Positions 1 through 12,311 of a stretch of DNA of 64,000 bases are shown here, one piece after another. The stretch's first letter is position 1; the number at the start of each line of letters is the position of its first letter. This stretch comes from Lophium mytilinum (lineage: Eukaryota): NCBI GenBank assembly GCA_010093605.1, contig MU004190.1:744001-808000 (forward strand), in the 5' to 3' direction. The position numbers and the translations under genes were made by a program. Below the pieces are notes generated by a model. It was not told the origin of the DNA, did no database searches, and worked only from the letters and a program-made list of their open reading frames with translations.

Positions 1-1489
1 GTACCAATACCAGCCCTTCGATCGAATTCGTTCGGACAGTCTGCTCCAGTAGGTGTGATCACGGTAGAAGTAACGCTCTGTATCTTCGACTGTGCTAGGT
101 ACTATCCTGCGTTGTCGGGGAGAGAGCTACTGATGAACGGCCACTAAAAGTTTAGATGAACGAAGAAATGTGCGACAATGGAGACGTCCAAGGCCCCAAG
201 ATGTTAGACGGTTGCCGACCCGACGGTTGACCTTTCATTGATACCTTCTAAACTGATGCGACAGATACTTTGAGAGATCAAGCCAGCTTCGGACACGGTA
301 AGCTAGACGACTCAGTGTGAGCAGCGCGCGAAGCCTTGACGACGGACTGGCCATAGCCCCCGAGAATGTGACTGCGATAGAACCTGGCCTCGTCCGCTCT
401 CTCCCTATCTATTCTTCGACATTGGGTCCTCGGGAGCTCTGCTGTCCAGCCCTGAGGAAACGTTTCTCTGTAATCAATGCTCGTTGATTCGTCACTCTGC
501 CGCGTGCAGCGTCCAGGCGTGCAGATCGCGGGATCCAACCGGCGGATCAGGCTGCCAAGCCTCCAAACTTCCTTTCATCGTGTCGACGTGAACAACTTCA
601 AGGAAAGAGCCTCATCCTTCGTTTCGAGTTGAAAGGTGAGGCAGAGGTCAGCCCGTCCAGCTCCCATCGATCTCTAGGGGAAGGACCCCGTATCTGATAT
701 TGACGGTAATTGGATTGGAGAAAGCTGCTGACTGATTGGCGATCACCTTGCAGAGATCAACTGCAGCATGTCGCCGAGGCCTCAACCTTTCGCTGTGCCT
801 CTTCCTTGCACCACAGGCTGCTTCAGAGTGCTCTGCCTCCCAGGCTTTGCCACGACTGCCAACCAGGTTGCTGCACAGCTCTGTTCTGGATGTCTGGAGT
901 CAGCAACAGCATCATCTGAGGTCAGCACGGCGCGCCCCCTGGACAGATCGACTCTTCCCGCCCCATCTCGCGACCTCGACCCCAAATCCAGCAGCCTGCC
1001 CCCTTGGATCTGGTGTCTGGAGTCAGCCTTGCGCCGTTTCTCGCCGCTCGCGGACGGCGGAGCGGCAGGGTTGGCTGTTGGAGATTTTTGGAGTTGATGT
1101 CCCCCGCCAAGCCCCGTAGAAGCTCGTATTCCTCGGTGCAATCTTGATCCAGGCTCGCCGCACTGCGCACTGCCAGCGAAACGCCAATCAGGCGCGGCCT
1201 TTTGGTGATGGTCTCGATGCCGGGAGCCGGCGGAGCATGATCTCCCTCGCTGCGCATTTCTTGGCCTCAGTCGACTCGCGCAACTGCTCGCTGGGCTGAG
1301 GCGCGATGCGGATTTGCCAAGCGCATGCCATGGCGCCAGAGCTAACGCCGCCCGCCAGTGTGCTAAAAGTAACTTTGGACCCTTAGTGAAGCGGCGGGTC
1401 ATCTCACGATCTATCTAAACGTCTTCACCACCTCTCATTTCCGACTGTCTGCCTCCAACTCCTGCCTTTTGTTCCGCCTCTCCCTTGCA

Positions 1490-2700
1490 ATGGTGCTTCC
1501 CATCCTGGGCGCGCGCTCAGCACCATGGATGTCCAATTTCGTCGCCGTGTCCGTCATTGGAGTAGTGCTGTTCGTGACCGTCCTCGGTTTCTGGGCCTTC
1601 CAGCCGCCAATGCCCAGGCCCGGCTACCACGGCGGTACTACCGTTGAAGTGTGCGTATTGTCGTTACAGATTCTGCTTTCCTCTCATCTAAGTCAAAATA
1701 GCACAATTCCCGTCGAACCGTCTGGACCTGTTTCCATACAGGAAGTCCTCCGACTCCTCTATGCGCCTCTCAAGATGAAGCCTACCACTCCTTCTTTTAC
1801 GGACGACCTCGGACGGTCTTATAAGCTCCCCGCGAACCCTCTGTTCCCTAATCCCCTTGGAAAAGACCTGCTGGTGGTGGACTTGGAGACTCGGCCGCTG
1901 GACAAGAATGGTCAGCTTATGCACAAGGGGGCGTTCAAGTGGGGCGATCTAGACTATCTGTCTGGTGGAGTCATGAACCACTATACCTACGGTACACTTT
2001 GCGCTTCTGTTGGGGCGTCCTTCAACTGACTTAAGCAGCAATGATCCACGGATACGACTACAAATTCGTCCAGGCCGCAAGTTTCGACGACCGCCACAAT
2101 ACCTGGATAAAACCAAGTGCCCTGGCAAACCTCCTCAAACACTACAAGTTCGTTGTCTTCCTCGATGCCGACGCCGCATTCCACCAAATGCAGATGCCCA
2201 TGGAGTGGCTCCTGAACTACTGGCAAATCACCCCCGAGATCTCCCTCGCGATGCCCTTGGATCCCTCCGGGCCTCCCGGGACTAACGACGACCGCTTCAA
2301 TCGCACCCTGACCAACACTGGTTTTATAGTAGCTCAGCAGAGTGATCGCACCCAGGAGATCCTCAAGGCATGGCACGAATGCCCCGACGATACCCGATAC
2401 CCAGACTGCTCGCAGTGGAAACAACCGCGCTTCCACGAGCAGAGCGCATTCGGAAACTACATCCGCTACGACTATGAAGATAACATCAAAGAACTGCCCT
2501 GCACAGAGGCCAACGGCTATCCATCCGAGAACGCCCAATGCGAAGGCGTCTTTATGCGGCACTATTGGTACGGCAAGGAGCGCGTCCGCGACGACCTAGC
2601 GAACTCGACCATGGAGGCTATTATGGCACCAATACAGAAGCTTTACATGGACCACCGCAAAGACATCATCACGGAACAGGCCAAAAACGAAATCATATGA
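1490..2700 (+). CDS. Glycosyltransferase family 34 (GMA12/MNN10-like) type II membrane protein
   Basis: N-terminal TM helix. Introns at about 1651-1701 and 1992-2038 (GT..CTRAY..AG) join NHYTYA-MIHGYDYKF. Motifs TWIK, FLDADA (DxD), NTGFIV and HEQSAF are typical of GT34. Confidence 0.8.
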
Positions 2701-5700
2701 GTGAAACATTCGCTTGAGTAGAAGATCTAACATTGCTCGTATTACGTGTCTTCCCTCTATGGAGACCCGACTTTGAGTGGTGTCGGCCCAACAACGACGA
2801 GGCGATGCAGAGGCCGAATCTCCTAGCTTTTGGTCACACGACGATACGCAAACACCTACCTCCGCCCCGCACTTGTCGGTCCTGCGTCTTAGAATTCCTC
2901 CATCCTTTTGCGCCGCAATCCACTGTGTACTGCCTCTCGCCGGCGCTTACTGCCTTGCGCTAGCAATATATCCCATCAGGCATTAGTTCATTGGTCTGAC
3001 TGGCTCCAATCCTCTAAATCCTCCCGCTCGGTGGCATCTCGGTCCGGACGTTCCGGAGACCAGGGTTTCTATGCGCCCCTTAAACAACCTCAGAGCACTC
3101 ACCTACCAAAACCACTTATCCTCCAGTATCTGTACTACTATTCCGCTTCCTTTTTTGCGACTGTCTGGAGCATATGTTTTTGCGTTTCGAATTACCCAGC
3201 GACTCTCTTTTGTCTTCTGCATTTTGCATTAGCGACGGCGTAATGAAATCAAGGGTCTGGATTCGTCGATACCCACTCGAATTTGGCATTTCAGCATGCG
3301 TGCTCTTATCCAGCGCTTATAGAGATTGTGAGATAGCATCGGATAGGCTTACTCACTACCTACCACAAATACGTGCATCAAAGTAACATTGCTCGCTCTG
3401 TATCTTTGTGGTTCACTTTGCATGCTCGCATCAGTTGCAGTAAAATGACCGCGCAATACAGAGACATCGCTGGTGCACCTCAAATATAGACATAGCGTAC
3501 ATGGATTAAATAAACGTAGCGCTATAAGCTCATTGCATTCAATTCTAACTCTCCCTATCGTCCGAATATAGAAATCTACGTCTCTACGGTCCTCAACTTA
3601 CCCCGGCGACTACAGTTCCCAAGCATACCCGCTCTTCTATTACAACACTGTAGATTTCATACAACAAGCTATATCGCCCTTTCCCAATGTGTCGCTGTGA
3701 ACTCCGCACTTCCACAACCGCAAGGAAGCAAAAGTTGGGCTAGACAGATTTAGGATTAGGGCCATGGCGGAACTTCATCCCCCGAACATCATTACCTCAC
3801 GCTCCTGTTCCTTTCTCCTCCTCCGCCAGCATGTCTTTTTCAACGGCTCCCTGCTATGTTCTTTCATTGAGCCTGGATTTCTTCTGTGGTGTGTTCATCT
3901 CACATGTGTGCATTATTCCTTACTATCCCGTGTCGTGTCTTCTCCAGCATCTCGCATTCCGCGCCGTGCCCTTTAGTCAAATCTCGACGACTGGCAGTTT
4001 TGGAGCGCCTGAAACCAGTATCGATATGCAGTGTGTGTGCTTGAAGGTAGGTGATTTATAGTGGGAAGTCGGAGATTACAGGGCCCTTTGCAGTGAGATA
4101 GTCGTATTTGGCGTCTGCGTCAGGTATACTGTCTCCCCCGAGGTAGCACAAAGGATTTCAAAGCATTCAAGGGCTCCAATCCTCCCCAAAGTAGGAACAG
4201 GTAGTGTCTCTCAGGTAGGTATAATAGTCAATACATAATTCGATCTGCCATGTCTCAACACCAAGCTTTCCTCGTCGAACGTATTCCCGCCGCTGGGCTG
4301 TTTCCTCCACAGGTTTCTTTTCCGGTTCCTACCCATTCCACCCACAAACCGTTGACAGTCATCGTCGTATGACACCGAACCGATGCGATAGAGTACAGGG
4401 GAATGAAAATCGAACGGAGCGGGTTACGAGAAATACAGCGACCAAGTCAGCATGATTAATTGGGAATACGAGGCTAGTATAATCCATATGGGACACGAAG
4501 AACCTATCGGTACGATAAATGGTAATGCATCTCATAGATAAAAATGAAACTCCCAGAAACAACCATAAAAGGCATATTTCCAATGTTTTGCAACGTCTTC
4601 AATGCTGTCCTTTTCCTCTGTCTATTGCCCTTCTCTAAGCTATGTCACTCCATTTACGATTAATTCCTACTCCAACTGCGATCTAGTTTGGACCTCGGGA
4701 CTTCGACATCCCAGCCGCCGAAGTGAAAGCATGGGGAGATTCGGCGTCTTTATTCGTCACGTGACCTTTATCTCAGCTCCATATTAACGACTTGCTGGCC
4801 ATTCCAGTACGTTGTTGTTAAGTTCGTAGGCGGCTTTCCCGCCAGTGGCATAGTGGTACTGGTGAAGTAATAATTGAGAGCGCGTTGAATAAGGGTATAT
4901 GTTTTGGGTTATTTCGCCTGCATCTCACTAACAAGCAGGTTTACCCAGTTGGTTCCGCTCTCCCTCCGAGCCCGACAGTGCACCGCCCCTCACCAACCGA
5001 GCCGGCCGACGCCTTCGCAGAACTCGAGGAACCCCGGGTTCGAACCCCGCCTCGAGAATTAGCCATTACGGTACATGCAATAAGCGTCGATTGATACGTG
5101 AGCATGTGAACCGGGCTACGGAGTAAACCCCCGTGGGGTTTCTACACCTTCCATCGGGGAAGGTGGTCTTTTGCTCTTTTTTTCTTTTTTTGTTCTACCT
5201 ATAGCATAGAGGCGATATAGGCTTGCTATATAGTATAGACACTATTTCTATCATTTAAGACAACTGACTTGGGGCACACAGGGCGTTTGTAATAGCTATC
5301 TTTCTACTATCGCCTTCTATTTTCGACGGTTCTAGAAATCTCCTTTGTCGTGTTCCTTTTGCCCCCCTTCCTGCGCTCGCTATCATCGTCCGTTAACACA
5401 ATCCTACAAGCTCGCCATAATACAATCTTAAGCCTAGTAAGCTTCCTGAAGGCTCTCTTGTTATAAATGCGAATCTATCACTTAGTCAATTGCCCGCGCA
5501 TGCCTTGTCCGTAAATCCGTTAGGGCGCGCGTCAAGATTCTCGCGCACGGGAGGAGCGGTCAGCTTCACTCCTCCGCCGAACGCACCCCAACAGCTGCCC
5601 GCCTCTCCCACCACCACAACAACAAGCTCTACCCCCCATTAAGTTTCGCGGCTCTTAAACTTACCCGCAGGATCATTCACTACTAGGTCGGTCTCTTGCC

Positions 5701-6019
5701 CATGGTCGCCTCATTTCTATAAGTTGCAGTCATGTTTACATCCCTCAGCCTCGTCATTCTTCCAGCACACCACCACCACCAGACTCTCACCACCAGACTC
5801 TGTACACCAGGTAAGGTTCCTCTCAACTACTACTCTCTCAGCATTCACCAGCAAGCCGATTGTTTACGCAAGGCCACCCCCCGCCTATAAATTCTTTCTC
5901 ACTGACTAACATTTCCGACAGTTTCTTCATTCCTCTACCAGACACCCACACCGCTCCCAGCCACTAGCTATCACAAGTGGAGCCTTTCTCAATAACACAT
6001 ACACGCTTCGTTATCTACA

Positions 6020-7624
6020 ATGGACTCCAACAATAGCGCTCCGCCTCTGCAACAGCTTCTGGATCAGTGGGGCAATCCTCAGGGCGTGCTTGCCATACTG
6101 CTCCTTCTCGGCGGAGACGTCGTGCAGAAAGCCCTAGCTCAGACTTCCGGAGGCACTATCACGCCAGTCTGTTTCTCGTTCGGCTGGGCTGGCTATTCGA
6201 TCAAAGCGCTCTCCAGCCTCACCGGCGACGGACGACTCCTGCCCGAGCCAGATCACCACGTCAAGGTCTACAACCTCGAAACCGGATACGTACGCGAGAA
6301 CAAAAACTGGGTCATCGGCCGCCTCGTGAGAGACAACATCATCCACCTAGACAACGCGAAGCCCCTCGGCAACGAGGCTCTCCGAATCTCCATCTACGAC
6401 GCCCAGCCCGACACCAACAACAACGCCGCCTTCGCCGGCCATGACAACGCCCTCTCCTCCGCCATCGCCACGACCCTCCTCCAGCTCGCCGTCGCCTACA
6501 AACCCATCCACACCACCGGCGACTGGACCGCCCTGACCACCCTGGCCGCCGGCACCGCCCTCGCTCTGCTCACAGGTAGCCTCCCGCAATGGCGCGCGGA
6601 GAAGCTCGCCTGCCGCCGCAACTCCAACAAACTCATCGCGCTCACCGCCGGCAACGGCTCCCGCGACATCATGCTCATCCGCGGCAACGGCCACTGCCTC
6701 GACCTCGAAGACCTCGCGACGCCGGAACTGCCGCGCTCCGCGCGCATGTGGGAATCCCTCGCCCTGTCCTGGCTCACGCATACCACCAAGGACCCGAACA
6801 CTGGCAAGCCCGTCCACCGCGCTCTCACGGTCTTCGGTGTCCCTCTCGGCTTCGGCATCACGGTCGCGGCGACCGCGCTGCAGAGCCTTTGCTGGCTCGC
6901 GCTGCTCGTCTCCGTCGCGGGCGTGCGCTCCAACAACTGGTCGCTGATTGCGATTGGAGGGCTAGGGATGGTGCAGAATTTAGTTGTTGCGGGTGCGCGT
7001 CGGGACCCGGCGATGCACGGGATCCCGCTGAAGCATGTGGAGACGATTGTGAGTGCGAAGGTTATGGATGGGTTGATGGATGTGGAGGTTGGGTATAAGA
7101 ACGCGGGATATGCGCTGCTGGAGGAGTTTTTCCCGGGATATCTCCGCGCGGATGAGACGGCGTGGTGGGATGGGGAGACCGCGGCGTATGATGGGAAGCG
7201 GATGGGGCAGAAAGAGTGGCGGGGTGTGCCGCGCTCGGTTGGGGTGGAGGTTTCGGAAGTTGGTAGAGATGAGATGGGAGAGGTGGAGGTTGGAGAGACG
7301 AAAGCTGCTGAGAAATCCGATGAAGAGCAAGAGAAGTCTTCTGAGGAGGAGGACAAGTCTTCTGAGGGAGAGGAGAAGTCTTCTGAGGGAGAGGAGAAGT
7401 CCTCTGAGGAGGAGGAGACGTCTTTCGAGGAGGAGAAGAAGCCAGGCATAGAAGGCGAAGCCGGTGAGAAGAAGGAGAAGATTGAGGGTGAGGGTGAGGG
7501 TGAGGGTGCGGTGAAGTCACGCGGAGGCAAGAAGCGCGGTGGCAAGAAGGGGAAGAAGAACCCGCCGCGTGGCCTCCAGGTTGCATCTTCCGGTTATTTC
7601 GACGTTCTAGCCAACGCCGAGTAG
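6020..7624 (+). CDS. Uncharacterised fungal multi-pass membrane protein with acidic/basic low-complexity tail
   Basis: Intact 534-aa ORF. The N-terminus QWGNP..ILLLLGGDVVQKALAQ..PVCFSFGW resembles a widespread fungal hypothetical family. Several hydrophobic segments and an E/K-rich tail. Confidence 0.75.
   Translation: MDSNNSAPPLQQLLDQWGNPQGVLAILLLLGGDVVQKALAQTSGGTITPVCFSFGWAGYSIKALSSLTGDGRLLPEPDHHVKVYNLETGYVRENKNWVIGRLVRDNIIHLDNAKPLGNEALRISIYDAQPDTNNNAAFAGHDNALSSAIATTLLQLAVAYKPIHTTGDWTALTTLAAGTALALLTGSLPQWRAEKLACRRNSNKLIALTAGNGSRDIMLIRGNGHCLDLEDLATPELPRSARMWESLALSWLTHTTKDPNTGKPVHRALTVFGVPLGFGITVAATALQSLCWLALLVSVAGVRSNNWSLIAIGGLGMVQNLVVAGARRDPAMHGIPLKHVETIVSAKVMDGLMDVEVGYKNAGYALLEEFFPGYLRADETAWWDGETAAYDGKRMGQKEWRGVPRSVGVEVSEVGRDEMGEVEVGETKAAEKSDEEQEKSSEEEDKSSEGEEKSSEGEEKSSEEEETSFEEEKKPGIEGEAGEKKEKIEGEGEGEGAVKSRGGKKRGGKKGKKNPPRGLQVASSGYFDVLANAE
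7331..7435 (+). repeat. Coding 21-bp minisatellite, 5 copies (EKSSE(G/E)E)
   Basis: Units gagaagtcttctgaggaggag / gacaagtcttctgagggagag etc. read directly. Confidence 0.9.
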
Positions 7625-8292
7625 AGACGTTAATGGGGCAGCTTTAGGGGAACGTTCTAGTGTAACGCCCCATTGTGTAGTCACTTGAATAGCGCCACCT
7701 TCATGATGGAATGAATGCTTCCCAGGATGGGAACGTTCATTGGAACAAAGCTACTGTCGAAATGCCAATGTGCTTGACCACGTGAAGCGCTCTATGCCCT
7801 TGCATATGGCATGGAACAAGATGTAATGTGTTCGAGCCTGTAATCCGTCAAGTCATCATTAAGAGCTTCAGAATGAACTCATTTTATAACAAGGCTTGAA
7901 TCAGTGCCATGATACGTACGTCTTACGACCCTACATGACTACTTGAGCCACTTCACACACATTTCAAAGCCGCGTGTCCCTCCGTTGAGACACGTTGATT
8001 GCTTGTCTAATTCTAGATGCACACCACAGTGAATCCTATATACGGCTCGTGGTGCTTACAATCTGGCTACCCGCCGGAACAACTGGGCCACCTCATGCGT
8101 ATAGATCGAAAGGCAGAACGTCATGTATGTTGTAGCAGGCTATAAATCAGGATCTCGTTATTGGTCTTCACGGGACCCTTTATCGAGACTATGGTGCGTG
8201 CGATTTGGCAGCCTACTCAACAATGCCAGCTACCCCATGCCCAAACATCAAATTCGAAACAAGATGCCATGCTCACGAGACCTAAATCAGGC

Positions 8293-10203
8293 TCACTCAG
8301 CCTTCCATCGATAAGAAGCCGCAACGTGCTCATCTAGGGGCCCAGACTGCCCAGGCTTTTCGTAGAAGTTCTCCCGGTAAGTACCTCCAGGCACTGCATA
8401 GTCGTCCCAAAAGAGACCACGAGATTGCAGTTCGGGGAGAAGAAGTTCCGCAATATCTTTGAATGACTGCGGGAATAGGGTGTACGCCTGGTAGTTGGAG
8501 TTGTCAGCGATGTACTATTTGCTTCTATGATAGCTCCTCTAAATGGACGCAAACGTACTAAGTTAAAGCCATCCACATCAGCTTCTTCAACCCAGGTCAG
8601 CAAGCCGTCCACCACCTGCGCTGGAGTTCCAACCAGCACAGGTCCATTGCCCCCGATACTAATATGCTCCGCAATCGTATGCTTCGTCCACTTCGACGTC
8701 CCGGGCGAGAACCGCGCGTACCCTTCCACAGTCGACCTATCACCATTAGCCCATCTTCACCACCCAGCCCACCCCCCCTTTCCAGTCACATACCTAACAG
8801 CATTACTCTCCACCTCCCTCAACTCCTCCTCATCCCCATACTTCCCCAAATCAATCCCCGTCCACCCACAAAACAGCGCCAGCGCCCCCTCACTCGACGC
8901 AAACCCCTTATACTCTTCAAACTTCCTCTGCGCCTCCTCCGCCGTGCGCCCCAGCACCGGCGTCACCAGCGCCAACACCTTAATATTCCCCGGCGTGCGC
9001 CCATACTGCGTCTTAGCTAGCTCGCGGATCTCGGCAATGTTCTTCGCGCACACGACGGGCGCGTGCGCGGATACGAAGATGGCTTCGGCGTGCTGCGCCG
9101 CGAATTGCTTGCCGGCTTTGCTGGTGCCGGCTTGTAGGAGGAGCGGCGTGCGTTGCGGGCTCGGCGCGCAGATGTGTGGGCCGGGCACGGTGAAGAAGCG
9201 GCCGGTGTGGTTGATTTCGCGGACGCGGGTGGGGTCGGTGTAGATGCCGGATTTGCGGTCGAGGATGACGGCGTCGTCGCGCCAGGAGGATTCGAGGAGC
9301 TTGTAGATTACTTGGACGTATTCTTCGGCTTGGGCGTAGCGGTCGTCGTGCTTGGAGGGGGTGAGTTATGTGATGAGGAAGTGGGAAGGGGAAGGGAGGG
9401 AGGATGGGATGTACCTACCTTCGGTTGCTCGGTGAAGCCGAGGTTGCGGGCGGCAGAGTCGAGGTAGCTGGTTACGATCTTGACGGGGTTATGGGTAAGC
9501 TTATTTGATGTTGGCTTTGGATCAAAAGCTTACATTCCAGCCGAGCCTAGAGGTGCATATGATTAGTCTATTGAAGCACACCACCAGCGTGGGAATCTGA
9601 ACTCGAGCCGGAAACATGCGATTGGAAGACCAACAAAGCTGAAAGAGGTTGAAGGACAATGATAAGATATGAACAGAAATTTCTTACCGTCCCTTAGTAA
9701 GGTGATCAACAGTGGACAGCCGCCTAGCGAGATGATACGGCTGCTCATACGTCGTCGAAACCGTCACGCCAAACCCAATACTCTTCGTCGCCGCAGCCAT
9801 TGCCGAGACCACTGCAAGTGGCTCATTAACTGGCCACTGGGCACCCGAGCGAATAGCCGCGTCAAGGGTTCCGTTGTAAACATCGTAGCCACCTATTATA
9901 TCCATCAGTACAGCTCCGAAGACCAGATATTACCGCTTTAGGAATAGAAGCCTTACCCAAAACGTCAGCGATGAAGATCCCATGGACCTTAGCAGCCTCG
10001 AGCAACTTCGCTAATTCAACCCAGTGCTCGACATCATTGAACTTGTGAGACTCGTCGTCAGGGTGCCTCCAGAGACCAGGGGACTGGTGCCCACTACCTG
10101 AGAGGATGTCAGTGAGGATGCTACCAGTTCGCTTAAGTCACGTGAGCTTACACATCTCCACGAATGCATTGATGATAAGCTTCTTCTGCTTCTGTTCCGT
10201 CAT
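8293..10203 (-). CDS. Luciferase-like FMNH2-dependent monooxygenase (DszA/NtaA/SnaA family), multi-exon
   Basis: Spliced reading gives [73 protein letters not shown] and ADVDGFN. Includes a 13-nt exon at 9534-9546. Confidence 0.9.
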
Positions 10204-10765
10204 ATTTACTATGTGTGTGATCTAGAACGTTCAGAAAATGAGGAATATGCAGAGGTGATAACGAAACAGTAGTCAATTTCGAGAATATAGAGGTCACGTG
10301 GCTTAGCGTAGATGACGAAAGTCCGGGGTGAGAGAACGCAATATGGCTCTCCAAGAATAAATCCTTAGGCCCACCTATTCGGCTGTGCCCTGAAATTCAG
10401 AAAAGGAGAAAATACCCACGGTGCCCCGCTTGTGCTCTTTCTCCGGAACGACTCAACTAAGGAAGACCGAGGATCGTATCATGCCGTAATTGAGCTATGT
10501 ACAATTGATATTACCACTTTACACTCCCGAGAGTACTCCGGAAGGCATGAGGCAATGCTTAGTCGATGTAGAGCAAGGTCTGTATGCGGATCAAGGTTTC
10601 ACCTTCAATATATGATCTACATACAGATCTAGCTCTTGACCTAGCCTTGATACATGTACAACTGTGTCGGAGATGCAAGGTCTGAATCTGATACTAAATC
10701 GCCCAGCTCTAAACATCCATCTCTATCTTTGGTAGCCCATGTTTAACAACTGAAACCGCAGCTTA

Positions 10766-12106
10766 CTATTTATCGACCGGATCAGGAACATAAGTTACCG
10801 ATAGCTTCCTTTCTTGATTCGAAACACCAACGTCTCCCTTACCCGCACTGTTCGGTGTATCAAGGCCCCCTAATTCTGCCTCCTTGTGTAGCGAGTCGGC
10901 TCCGAAATGCCTCAAAACCAGCCATGCAGGCACGAGTGCAATAGCCCATAGCGCGAAGTTGAGATACACGCTACCTACTTGCGCGAATATCGTGATGGAG
11001 TTCAAGCCGTAACTGAGGGCTTGCCATGCAGACTCGGTGCCTCGAAGTAGAGCGGCGTAGCGGATGACCTCCGGCTCGTTTTTGGCAAGATTGGTGATCA
11101 TGAAGTACCTGAATGCCACGCTCAGATCACTTCGACCGGGAAACAGTAAGGGGGGGACTTACAAGAAGAGATAGTTGATCTGAAATCCGGTGTTCAGGAG
11201 GATAAAAACTCCAAATGCGTGACCGAAACCTGGGTCTGACCAGTCGTAGGTTGGCTTCGTGTGCCGGAACTTGGTTACGACGACGGTGGCCCAGATCCAC
11301 CATGCGCCTTGGAGGACTGCGATGACCGCGAACGAATAGCGAGCCTTGGACTTTAGGGTTGTACCCTTGGAGTCTAAGAAAGCCTGAAGGGTGGTCAGTG
11401 ATAGATTCAAGCTATCGTTAGGTCACGTGGCTTTGGCCTACCCCTAGAATATTGCCCGAAATGACGGCAACAATCCCGGACAAGAACGACCCGAGAGCGC
11501 GGGATCTAACGCTGAACCATACTGGGTTATGTCAGTCTTCGTGCTAGGCCCACTGCACTGGAATACACCACTCACGCGAAACTGCAACTGTGTTAGCTAT
11601 ATGCTCAAAATACTTGAGGAATACGGAGAGCTTCTTACGATAAGTGAAAAATACGGCCTCTGCGAAGACAGCTTGCCCAATCCAGAGCACAACTAGCAAG
11701 AAGTTCTTCGTGAAGAACAATCGCACTGTCTTCTTAATCCCGAGCAACGGGTTATCCACAATGTCCAAATGCACCTGCTTGCCATCCTTCCTTTGAACTT
11801 TGGATGGCCTATTCAGCAGTAGGGCAACGAACGGCCCAGTAGCTTGCAGAGCAATGAAGATAAGAAAAACCGTATACGAGACTTTGCCGGCTTGGTTATT
11901 CTTCGCGTTAATTCCCAGGTTGATGGCACCACCTAAGATCTGCCCAGATAGACGATAGGTCAACCAATAGCCGAGTGCTTTGCCCTAGAAAGAAGGTCAG
12001 TAGGCTTAGAGTTACGAGTTGATCCAGACAATTATAACCCACTTTATTCCAAGGTTCCGGATACGCGATAGCAATAGCAGCTTCGGCCATCCAAAACACT
12101 CCCGCA
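10766..12106 (-). pseudogene. 3' part of an UNC-93-like MFS transporter gene interrupted by the Gypsy element
   Basis: Resumes GVFWMAEAAIAIAYPEP and GQILGGAINLG, with multiple TM exons down to the stop at 10766. Confidence 0.85.
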
Positions 12107-12311
12107 TGTGATATTTCCGATCACGTGATGTAAGAATTTGAAGGACAATAGATATTAATTCTATATAGAAATCTAGCTAGGCTATATATATATTGGGGAG
12201 GCCTATATAGGCCTTAATTATACTAGATCTATATAGAAAAGCGTTTCTATAGTAGATCTATATATTACGTGTATAATATCTAAATATTAACTATATATTA
12301 AGAATTCTATA
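12107..12311 (-). repeat. 3' LTR of Gypsy element
   Basis: Direct repeat of 21632-21836 differing by transitions. Adjacent to the PPT. Confidence 0.92.

Noticed and set aside
278..1402. Overlapping ORFs on both strands near the window start
   Set aside because: No recognisable domain or consistent splice model. A decayed minus-strand gene is possible but unsupported.
4840..5060. tRNA or SINE suggested by A-box-like TGGCATAGTGG (about 4846) and B-box-like GGTTCGAACCC (about 5037)
   Set aside because: The boxes are about 190 nt apart and acceptor and D stems do not pair, so there is no cloverleaf.
5190..5490. Mildly TpA-rich fragment that may be a RIP relic
   Set aside because: Too short and degenerate to assign to any element or gene.
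6496..7545. 349-aa antisense ORF, and similar antisense ORFs over the BVMO, phytochrome and other genes
   Set aside because: Shadow frames of real genes caused by codon bias.
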